Part shown: piece by piece, positions 56,329-64,000 of the stretch
How the letters are laid out: each line of letters opens with the position of its first letter
Numbering within the stretch: position 1 is the stretch's first letter
Origin: an uncultured bacterium
Lineage (GTDB): Bacteria > Patescibacteriota > JACMRA01
Assembly (NCBI GenBank): GCA_963784355.1
Contig: CAWAQU010000009.1
Span: 32,001 to 96,000, forward strand
Length of the DNA: 64,000 nucleotides
Reading direction: 5' to 3'
Notes under the pieces: model-generated
Databases searched by the model: none
What the model was told of the DNA's origin: nothing
Seen by the model: the letters and a program-made list of their open reading frames with translations, nothing else
Program-made: the position numbers and the translations under genes

Positions 56329-58935
56329 TTAACTAGAACATGCCTCGCAGCCTTCTTCCAAATTACAAACCATACCGTTTGCTAGTATTTTAATGGGCTG
56401 TACTTCTGCGACTGTTGCTAATTTCTCTTCCTTTATTTCAATCTTTAGCTCTGGTTTTTGGTTGGATGAAGTAAATGATCCACCTAATTCTTTTTTAGCA
56501 TTGCTTGCGGTTTCAGTGTGCATGTAGTAAGAAATACTTTTTAATCCCTTTTTCCAAGCATATACAACTTTTTGAGTGAAAGCAGTTGGTCCTGCCTCTT
56601 CATATTTGGTATAGTGATTGAAACTACCTGACTGAGATACAAAAGCACTTCTATCAGCCATCATATCAATTAATTGCTTCCAGTCAAGTTCATATACAGT
56701 TTGATAGCGATCACGTATATCTGCAGGAATGTCCATAATACCTTGAATACTTCCTTCCAAAGTCAAGATTTTATCATACATTTCCTGATTCCACAAATTC
56801 AATTCCTGTAATTCTTCCACAAGGTATTTGTTTACAACTTGAATTGAGCCACCAATGTATTGTCTGACATAAATATTTCTAGTGAAAGGTTCGTGCATTT
56901 CGTTTTGGGCCATGCGAATAGAAGCGTTAGCTGTTGGGGCAATTGCAGTAACTTCTGAATTACGCACTCCATATTTTGCAACTAGATCTTTTAATTCGTT
57001 CCAGGGATTATTCCCAAATTCTGCTAATAGAGGTAGATCGTTGTTATTTAAGAATGTTGCACTATCTTCAATATTCCACATATTATGTTGAAAAATACCT
57101 TTACTTACTGGGCTACCTTCAAATCCATCATACGCTCCCTCAACTTTAGCTAGCTCCATACTTTCCCACATGCAGCCAAAATAAATACACTCATAAATTT
57201 TTTTATTGATCTCTTTAGCTTTATCTGAGATAAAACTGATTCGCAGCAAATGAAATAGATCAGCTAATCCCTGACAACCAACTCCGATTGCTCTTCTTTT
57301 AAGACAAGAATTTCTAGTCTCAGGGGTAGGGTAAAACTGAAGATCGATAACTTGGTTTAAATGTCTGGTTGCCATGCGGGCCACATTGATAATTTTTTCG
57401 TAATCAATTTTATCAGGTTTTGTGGGATCAAAGTAGCGCGAAATACAGATTGAAGAAAGTACACAAACTGCAGTTTCATCTTCATTAGCTACAAGAGCAA
57501 TCTCAGTACAGACATTAGAGCTTTTCACAGTTCCAATATTTTGCTGGTTGCTCTTTAAATTCATAGCATCTTTGCTGACAATGTAAGGCACACCTACAGT
57601 TTGGAATAAATGACAGATTCTACCCCAGATTTCCATTAGTGGGACAGTTTTTCCAATACCTAAAGACTCCAGGTACTCATATTTTTCGTTAAATTCCTGG
57701 CCATAGTAGTCAGAAAGTGGTTTATCAAGATAATTGGATACAATTGCAGGGTCAAATAGCGTCCATTTAGCCTCAGCCTTATCATTAGTTAGTCTTTCAA
57801 AAAATAAATCATTGGCCCACAGTGCGTAAAATAAATTTTTACAACGTTTTTCCTCAATTGTAAAATGATTTGCTGCATCTAAAAATTCCAAAATGTCCGC
57901 ATGCCAAGGCTCAAGATAGATAGTACAAACTCCAGCTCTTTTACCACTCTGATTTACAGCACTGATAGCTGCATCAAACATTTTCATGAATGGCAGAATT
58001 CCATTGCTTTTTCCGTTGCTACTTCTAATTGTGCTTCCATCAGATCTAATTTCGTGAAAGGCCACTGCAGTTCCTGCGCCACCTTGAGATTGTTTTGCAA
58101 GTTGGGTAAGAGCTTTCATGATACCTCCGACTTTTCCGGTAACGGGATATTCTTCACCAGTCAGCGAATCTGAGCAATATTCAAGGAAACAGCTTGCCAT
58201 CTGGTTTTTTTCAGAACCTGCATGCATTATAATTGGTCCGGGTAAAGAAAGTTCACGCTTAGATAAAATTTCGTAGTAAGCTTGGATATTTTTTAGTCTC
58301 TGCTCGTCGTCCATGCCTTTAAGATGTTTAAAATCAGGCCTCCAGCCGGAATGCTTTTCAAACTCATCCATTTCTTTTTCACTTCTATCCTGAAATACGT
58401 TTAGCCCTAATGATACTCTTAAGAACATTTGACTAGGTACCTCAGCAGTTTGATTATCAATTGTTTCCAAGCCTCTTCTCATCATTCCGGTCAATGCAAA
58501 ATAATCATAATCCTCGAAATCTCTTTCGTAATTAATAATTGATTCAAGTTTAGCGGCATTTCTTTTAGCAAATTGATAAACTGCTTCTGATACTCTAGTG
58601 GACCTTTTACCATTCACTTGATGACTATACAATCTAGTTAAATTTTCGAAAAAAGTTTTATTTGGTATATCCAGAGTCTTATGTAATCTGCTCATCAAGA
58701 TTCTAGAACCTAAAATAGCGTAATCCGGATGACTACTAACCATATTGGCAGCAATTCTAGCAGAAAGCTCATCTAGCTCTTTAGTGCTGATGCCTTCCGC
58801 CATTCCCTGAATGGTTTTTTGGGCAATTATACCCGGGTCTACAACTTTATCCAAACCGTAGCTATATTTAGTGATCTTTTCTAAAATTTTGTTAAAATCT
58901 ACTGCTTCGATTCCGTTACTTGTTTTTACTTGCAT
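56329..58935 (-). CDS. nrdA: Ribonucleotide reductase class Ia alpha subunit with ATP cone
   Basis: N-terminal ATP cone, ASCF, YLEPWH, SNVCTEI (thiyl Cys), AVCVL, APTA, YY, C-terminal CEACSS. Confidence 0.96.
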   Translation of the reverse strand: MQVKTSNGIEAVDFNKILEKITKYSYGLDKVVDPGIIAQKTIQGMAEGISTKELDELSARIAANMVSSHPDYAILGSRILMSRLHKTLDIPNKTFFENLTRLYSHQVNGKRSTRVSEAVYQFAKRNAAKLESIINYERDFEDYDYFALTGMMRRGLETIDNQTAEVPSQMFLRVSLGLNVFQDRSEKEMDEFEKHSGWRPDFKHLKGMDDEQRLKNIQAYYEILSKRELSLPGPIIMHAGSEKNQMASCFLEYCSDSLTGEEYPVTGKVGGIMKALTQLAKQSQGGAGTAVAFHEIRSDGSTIRSSNGKSNGILPFMKMFDAAISAVNQSGKRAGVCTIYLEPWHADILEFLDAANHFTIEEKRCKNLFYALWANDLFFERLTNDKAEAKWTLFDPAIVSNYLDKPLSDYYGQEFNEKYEYLESLGIGKTVPLMEIWGRICHLFQTVGVPYIVSKDAMNLKSNQQNIGTVKSSNVCTEIALVANEDETAVCVLSSICISRYFDPTKPDKIDYEKIINVARMATRHLNQVIDLQFYPTPETRNSCLKRRAIGVGCQGLADLFHLLRISFISDKAKEINKKIYECIYFGCMWESMELAKVEGAYDGFEGSPVSKGIFQHNMWNIEDSATFLNNNDLPLLAEFGNNPWNELKDLVAKYGVRNSEVTAIAPTANASIRMAQNEMHEPFTRNIYVRQYIGGSIQVVNKYLVEELQELNLWNQEMYDKILTLEGSIQGIMDIPADIRDRYQTVYELDWKQLIDMMADRSAFVSQSGSFNHYTKYEEAGPTAFTQKVVYAWKKGLKSISYYMHTETASNAKKELGGSFTSSNQKPELKIEIKEEKLATVAEVQPIKILANGMVCNLEEGCEACSS

Positions 58936-58948
58936 AATAGTTGATAAA

Positions 58949-59911
58949 TTAAAAGTTTATAGCACTAAAGTCCAAAGTTTTGGTCTCAGTTTGTCTTGCA
59001 TAATTTGTACGAGTTTTTTCAAAGAAGTTGTCTTTTCTTTTTTGCCCAATTGTAGTCATAAAATCAAAAGGCTGCTCTACATTAAACATTTTATCACAAC
59101 CAAGTGAAGTCAACCAAGCATCTGCAACAAACTCCAAGTACTGATTCATTAGTTCGTTATTCATACCGAAAAGTCTGTCCGGCAGGGCATGTCTAGTAAA
59201 TTCTTTTTCTAGCTCCAAAGCTGATACAATTATTTCTTTGATAGTTTCTTGGCTTAAATCATTGCAGTATTCTTTGTAGATGGTGCAGGCAAATTCGGCA
59301 TGCAAGCTTTCATCTCTAGAAATATATTCATTAGCTACACCTAGACTATTTGCTAAAATACCTCTATCTCGCAACCAAAATATTGCAGCAAAGGAACCTG
59401 CAAAAAAGATTCCTTCTACAGCTAGAAAAGCTACAAGTCGTTGGCTAAAAGGAGCGTCTTTATGCATCCATTTAAAACACCAGTCGGCTTTCTTTTTTAT
59501 AATAGGGTGGTTGTTGATAGCATCAAACAAATCTTCTCTCTCAGTATTGGATGTGATAAAGGTGTGGATAAGTTGTGAATAAACTTTACTATGCACTGCC
59601 TCCATCATACACTGGAAATAGTAAAAGTACCTTATTTCCGGAATTTGCACCTCCTGCAAAAAATTCATAGCAATATTTTCCCCTACAATACCGTCAGATG
59701 CAGCAAAAAAAGCCAAGATTTGTTTAATATATGATTGTTCTTGCTCATTTAGTTTTAACCAATCTCTACTATCGTGAGTTAAATTTATATCAGAGGCTAA
59801 CCATATATTAGCTTCCTGTTTATCACACATCTCTGTAATTACTTGATTTGCATCTTCAGTAAAAACCGTATACTTATTTTTGCCGGGTTTTAATAGTGTG
59901 GTGGTACTCAT
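58949..59911 (-). CDS. nrdB: Ribonucleotide reductase class Ia beta subunit
   Basis: FFAASDG, EAVHSKVY (radical Tyr), VEGIFF, RDESLH, NFFE. Confidence 0.97.
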   Translation of the reverse strand: MSTTTLLKPGKNKYTVFTEDANQVITEMCDKQEANIWLASDINLTHDSRDWLKLNEQEQSYIKQILAFFAASDGIVGENIAMNFLQEVQIPEIRYFYYFQCMMEAVHSKVYSQLIHTFITSNTEREDLFDAINNHPIIKKKADWCFKWMHKDAPFSQRLVAFLAVEGIFFAGSFAAIFWLRDRGILANSLGVANEYISRDESLHAEFACTIYKEYCNDLSQETIKEIIVSALELEKEFTRHALPDRLFGMNNELMNQYLEFVADAWLTSLGCDKMFNVEQPFDFMTTIGQKRKDNFFEKTRTNYARQTETKTLDFSAINF

Positions 59912-59934
59912 AATTATTAATTATTTAGTTTTAA

Positions 59935-60387
59935 TTAGTCTTTTGTTACTTCTTTAAGTAGTTTATTAAATTCATCTGCACTGGAAAAATTACCAAACAT
60001 AGCCCAATAACATATATAGGCAGCTTCGTCTACTTCTCTAAGGTTTTTTAGTACAATTCGTCCGATTCTGGTTGATTTTATAGGGTTTTTATCAACTTCA
60101 GTAATATTTTCAATTACTCTTTGTAGCAAGCTTGAGATTTTTTCATTATCTATTCTGCGCTTATTAAAAGCTTTTCTAATGCCTCTTTCCAATTTGTCTT
60201 CTGAGAAGAGCTCCACCTGTCCATTTTTCTTTTCAACGTATAAATCTAATATTTTCACTTCTTCTAATGTGCTAAAGCGGTATTCACATTCCTCACACTC
60301 TCTTCTACGTCTTGTTGTTCTGCCATTTTGGGTTACTCTAGTATCATATACTTTAGTGTTTTTATTGTGACATTTTGGGCAAATCAT
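59935..60387 (-). CDS. nrdR: Transcriptional repressor NrdR
   Basis: CPKC, DTR, RRRREC..C..RFSTLE, ATP cone, DEAAYI. Confidence 0.97.
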   Translation of the reverse strand: MICPKCHNKNTKVYDTRVTQNGRTTRRRRECEECEYRFSTLEEVKILDLYVEKKNGQVELFSEDKLERGIRKAFNKRRIDNEKISSLLQRVIENITEVDKNPIKSTRIGRIVLKNLREVDEAAYICYWAMFGNFSSADEFNKLLKEVTKD

Positions 60388-60432
60388 ATTTAAGCAAGTT
60401 TTAGCTCAAGTAGTGTTTGGGATGGGCGGAGA

Positions 60433-60465
60433 CCACTATATTTAGAAAAAATCTATATGTAGTAG
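60433..60465. promoter_or_regulatory. Candidate tandem NrdR boxes
   Basis: CCACTATATTTAGAAA and AATCTATATGTAGTAG resemble acaCwAtATaTwGtgt and lie upstream of nrdR-nrdB-nrdA; spacing is shorter than usual. Confidence 0.55.
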
Positions 60466-60602
60466 TATTAACAGTTCTCTAAGTACTACAGTAAGTAGTA
60501 AGAATAAGAATAGAGGAGTTGTCAAGTAATTTAATCAAATATAAAAATAGCCGATAAACGGCTTAAATACGGGATTATTCCAACTGTATCTTATCTAATT
60601 GA

Positions 60603-60887
60603 CTAGTTATTGGGTTTTGGTAATTCTACATTTGGAGGCTGAGGAGCTTCTGGTGCTTTAAAATCTTGCTCGTTTGACTTTTTGATTTCTGACTCAGTAC
60701 TTTTCTTTTCAGAAGACTGATTGGTTTCAGTTGTATTGTTATTAGTATTGGTTGTATTATTTATTTTAGGTTTAGTACTATTGTAAATAATTAATCCCGT
60801 TACAGCCAAAATTGCTACTGTAGCAACAATAATTGCCAGTTTAATTTTCTGATTGTAGGTGTAGCCCAGTATATTTTTTTGAGACAT
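60603..60887 (-). CDS. Small membrane-anchored Asn/Thr/Pro-rich protein
   Basis: Single TM helix plus a low-complexity tail. Confidence 0.7.
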   Translation of the reverse strand: MSQKNILGYTYNQKIKLAIIVATVAILAVTGLIIYNSTKPKINNTTNTNNNTTETNQSSEKKSTESEIKKSNEQDFKAPEAPQPPNVELPKPNN

Positions 60888-60943
60888 GGTGATTTACATT
60901 TTTAAACTAAAAACTTAACTAATTGTCAACTAAGTTCTAAAAA

Positions 60944-62395
60944 TTATAGATTTAATTTAGGTCCAGCGCTTAAAATCAGATTGTACTCTTGAATTGCTTG
61001 GTTGATGCTATCAGACAAGGGTTGTTTTTCAAAATGAACTCTATACATCATTTGGCCCCACATTCTCTCGACTTTTTGGACATCAGGCTTGTAGTAGTTG
61101 TCTGCATAAAGACTGCCGGCAGCAAAAACTTTTAGATCATCATTACGCTTTAATTGTTCTTGGATAACATATTTATTTGCAGATGGTAAATTAGTATTGG
61201 CAGCAAAAGTGCTTTGCGCAGATTTGGTAGTTAAAAACTTTAAAAAATCTTCAGAAGCTTGTAATTTTTTCTGACTCACCGGATCTTTTGGGTTATTTTC
61301 TGCATTTGTAGCTAATTGTCTATTTAAACCATCCATAAAAAAGAATCCATAAGTTTTTTTAGCATCCTGATCGAGCTGTGGTAAATCAGTTATACCATAG
61401 TTTAACCTATTATTTCTTTGATTGATAGTATCTTTAAAATAGCTATAGTGGATTATATATGCAAGCTTTCCTTCTAAAAATGCCTCCACATTGCTTTTCT
61501 GACTATCATTCCAGCTATATCTATTGGTAGTGATGTCACTAAAATCTGAATAAAATTTAACTGCATTGTAAGTAGCGTTGTCATTACTTAAGTCACCTTG
61601 TAAATTTGATTTAATATCTGTTTTAGCAGAACCACTACCGAATATACTGGTACCAGTTTGATAGTCATATAGCTGGGCTCCATTTTGAAATATTAAGGTA
61701 GCAAGTATGTCCTGAAAGCGGTTTATGTTGCCGCCTTCAGATTTACTGTCAAAACCTGTTCCTAGAGAAATAGCACTTTGTTTGAAATTACCACTCAAGT
61801 CTTTTTTATTTAAGTAGCTTAATTGCTTATCCAAATCTTTCCACGAAGTTGGAGGTAAGGGTATGGAAGCTTGTGACAATAGATTTGTGTTGTAATATAG
61901 CTGCAAGTTATCTACATAGGAAGTTACTGCATAGACTTTATCTTTTACCATTGTATCTCTAACAGCCAAGGGTACAAAATCTCTTTTATATTGATTAAGT
62001 TCATTTTCGGTAAAGGAAGATATGGGAGTCATATACTTCTGGTAGGCAGGTAGATCATCATTCTTTAAAGTGAAAATATCTGGGCCGGAGTTGGAAGCAA
62101 TGTCGGTAATTAAATTTTTGTAATAGTCGTTGTTGTAATTTTTGTTTACTATGTTTATAGTTACGTTTTGATTTCCCGGAGTAGCTTTAAACTCGGTAAT
62201 AATATCTTTGTAAATACTTTCGTCATAAAAAGCTTGCCACCAGGTTAAAGTAACGGGAGTATTATTTACAGCCGCAACTTTGGGCTTAGTAGTATTATTT
62301 TGGGGAAAAGCAATCAGCGCTAGCAAAGCTATTAATAAAAACAAAATAAAACCACCACCAATCAGCAAAATCTTATTTTTAAAAATACCAGGCAT
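60944..62395 (-). CDS. Membrane-anchored extracellular solute-binding protein (sugar ABC SBP-like)
   Basis: VTLTWW, GPDIF, LYYNTNLL, PPTSW, AFLEGKLA, FLKFL. Confidence 0.88.
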   Translation of the reverse strand: MPGIFKNKILLIGGGFILFLLIALLALIAFPQNNTTKPKVAAVNNTPVTLTWWQAFYDESIYKDIITEFKATPGNQNVTINIVNKNYNNDYYKNLITDIASNSGPDIFTLKNDDLPAYQKYMTPISSFTENELNQYKRDFVPLAVRDTMVKDKVYAVTSYVDNLQLYYNTNLLSQASIPLPPTSWKDLDKQLSYLNKKDLSGNFKQSAISLGTGFDSKSEGGNINRFQDILATLIFQNGAQLYDYQTGTSIFGSGSAKTDIKSNLQGDLSNDNATYNAVKFYSDFSDITTNRYSWNDSQKSNVEAFLEGKLAYIIHYSYFKDTINQRNNRLNYGITDLPQLDQDAKKTYGFFFMDGLNRQLATNAENNPKDPVSQKKLQASEDFLKFLTTKSAQSTFAANTNLPSANKYVIQEQLKRNDDLKVFAAGSLYADNYYKPDVQKVERMWGQMMYRVHFEKQPLSDSINQAIQEYNLILSAGPKLNL

Positions 62396-62439
62396 ATGTT
62401 TTTTGATTATACATAGTTTACTTCATTTTATTACCTATG

Positions 62440-63531
62440 TCAATCAGTGTTTTGCTCGGAATTTGCATGCTTCATAGCCCAAATAAAAGGCATAAGCTCA
62501 CCTTTTTCCAAGACATTCTCTACATCTGAGCTTTCGTAATTACTCCTATGGTCCTTAACTAATTTATAAGGGTGTAAAACATAGCTACGAATCTGGCTAC
62601 CCCACTGAGGAGATGAAAACTCCCCCTTAATCTCTTCTTTTAAAGCTTGATTTTGTTTAAGCTGATATACAGCTAATCTATTGGTCAGATATTTTAATGC
62701 CTGTTGCTTATTTTGAACTTGACTTCGTTCGTTTTGGCAGCTGACACTAATATTTGTCGGGATATGTATTACCTTAACGGCGCTATAAGTTGTGTTCACA
62801 CTTTGTCCACCTTTTCCGGACGAGGTTGAGTATTCCCATCTCAAATCTTTTTCAGGTATTTCAGTAATTTTAGCTACTTCATTTATATTAGCTGGTATAA
62901 GCTCTACTAAAGCAAATGAGGTTTCTCGAGTTTTACCTGCATTAAATGGAGAAATTCTAACTAATCTATGTACTCCAGCCTCTTCTTTAAGATAACCATA
63001 AACATACTCGCCTTTAATATCTAAAAAAACAGATTTTGTCCCCCCTTCCTCCCCGGCGGAAAAAGAAATGACCTCCCATTCCCAGCCCTGTTTTGTGCAA
63101 AATGTCTGATACATACTGGTTAGCATACTTGCCCAATCTTGTGCGTCTAGCCCGCCAGCGCCAGCGTGAATAGATAATTGTGCCCCATCTCTATCAAATT
63201 TACCATTGAAATGATTTTTTATTTGTAGTGAATTGTATTCTTTAAGGAGATTATTATAAATTTTATGTATTTCTACTTCTTCATTCAATTCAATGGCAAT
63301 TTGTAGATTATCAAGCTCAGCACTTACACGCTCAAAATATTTTATTTTATCTTCCAAAAACTTTAACTCCTTACTAGTTTCTGTACTTTTCTCAATATTT
63401 GACCAAATTTCAGGATCATTTAACGTATTTTGCTTCTTTAAAATCTCTATTTTAACATTTTCCAGATTAATTTCTTCTAGAGTATCTTTAAAATTTTTTA
63501 TGAAACTGGCGTATTCCTGTTGGGTCAGCAT
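62440..63531 (-). CDS. prfB: Peptide chain release factor 2
   Basis: GAGG.DAQDWA, GVHRLVRISPF (SPF motif), GKGGQSVNTT, WGSQIRSYV. Confidence 0.97.
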   Translation of the reverse strand: MLTQQEYASFIKNFKDTLEEINLENVKIEILKKQNTLNDPEIWSNIEKSTETSKELKFLEDKIKYFERVSAELDNLQIAIELNEEVEIHKIYNNLLKEYNSLQIKNHFNGKFDRDGAQLSIHAGAGGLDAQDWASMLTSMYQTFCTKQGWEWEVISFSAGEEGGTKSVFLDIKGEYVYGYLKEEAGVHRLVRISPFNAGKTRETSFALVELIPANINEVAKITEIPEKDLRWEYSTSSGKGGQSVNTTYSAVKVIHIPTNISVSCQNERSQVQNKQQALKYLTNRLAVYQLKQNQALKEEIKGEFSSPQWGSQIRSYVLHPYKLVKDHRSNYESSDVENVLEKGELMPFIWAMKHANSEQNTD

Positions 63532-63532
63532 A

Positions 63533-64000
63533 TTATTCTTTTTCCTTCACCACTCTTAAATCTATGTTAGATTTTATGCCTGGCATATTAATACCAGAGT
63601 CCTTTTTATCAATATTGGTAATCTCGGGACAATCTTTAGATAAGTTCTTTTTCGCGTCGTCAAACTCTGTACTATTAACTAAATCAACAAATTTTTTCTT
63701 ATCAAAACATGAAGTTTCTAATTTATAATTGTAGAGTATTTTCAATTTAATAGAATCTGTAACTCTTGGGTTGGATTGTATATCTAAAATGTTTATATTA
63801 CTAATTTCTATTTCCTTTGGCCTAGAATCATTTGAGGATAAAATTGTATTTTTTAACTGATCCTGAGTGAGATAGTAGATATCTAGATCAGTTTGAGCTT
63901 TGGCAACTAATTTTTCACTACGGTCCCCGGGAACATTGCTATAACTATATTTTGTATCTTTATATTTGTACCATTCAGAATTTGTATAAACTTTTTCTTT
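63533..64000 (-). CDS. Hypothetical protein, C-terminal part (runs off window end)
   Basis: The frame of track ORF 63533-63745 stays open to 64000 (KEKVYTNSEWYKYKDTK...). Confidence 0.7.
   Translation of the reverse strand, partial: KEKVYTNSEWYKYKDTKYSYSNVPGDRSEKLVAKAQTDLDIYYLTQDQLKNTILSSNDSRPKEIEISNINILDIQSNPRVTDSIKLKILYNYKLETSCFDKKKFVDLVNSTEFDDAKKNLSKDCPEITNIDKKDSGINMPGIKSNIDLRVVKEKE

Noticed and set aside
56329-58935. Inteins or introns in nrdA (recA and topA also checked)
   Set aside because: Protein lengths are ordinary; the short insertions lack intein splice-junction or homing-endonuclease motifs
1412-63559. Many 60-140 aa antisense or alternate-frame ORFs inside secA, tsaD, ribosomal genes, ftsH, topA, rmuC, nrdAB and prfB
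   Set aside because: They overlap well-supported genes, show no motifs, and are expected shadows of biased codon usage
1-64000. Alternative genetic code (UGA=Gly), CRISPR arrays, IS/transposases, prophage, rRNA
   Set aside because: RF2 is present and conserved genes are full length under code 11; I saw no regularly spaced repeats, transposase/integrase/phage motifs or rRNA-like sequence

Overview
AT-rich bacterial chromosome segment of mostly housekeeping genes, very probably from a Patescibacteria (CPR) genome. Evidence for that call: no uL30 at its usual position, VirB2/TrbC-like CPR pilins, a stand-alone TraD/VirD4-like ATPase, no visible Shine-Dalgarno motifs, and RF2 present (standard code 11). 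It carries uvrB (partial), secA, miaA, tsaD, a rearranged S10-spc ribosomal protein cluster with tsf, rplY, tRNA-Ile and rpoA, then ftsH, ruvB, secE-nusG, topA, ruvC, photolyase, ndk, recA, grpE, rsgA, rmuC, rplJL-rpsB-rpmG-rpmI-rplT, infB, nusB, nrdR-nrdB-nrdA, prfB and six tRNAs. I saw no mobile element, CRISPR array or rRNA. The best leads are: (1) a repeated palindrome SAAACACGTGTTTS, like parS with swapped arms, clustered around a DnaA-box/AT-rich oriC-like locus upstream of recA; (2) tandem pilin genes that are nucleotide-identical except for a variable N-terminal cassette, near a protein O-mannosyltransferase; (3) an alanyl-tRNA synthetase reduced to its catalytic domain; (4) a dispersed ~90-bp non-coding repeat, one copy starting at the alaS stop codon; (5) an archaeal-type C1:G72 tRNA-Tyr. 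All calls come from reading the sequence by eye; no searches were run.
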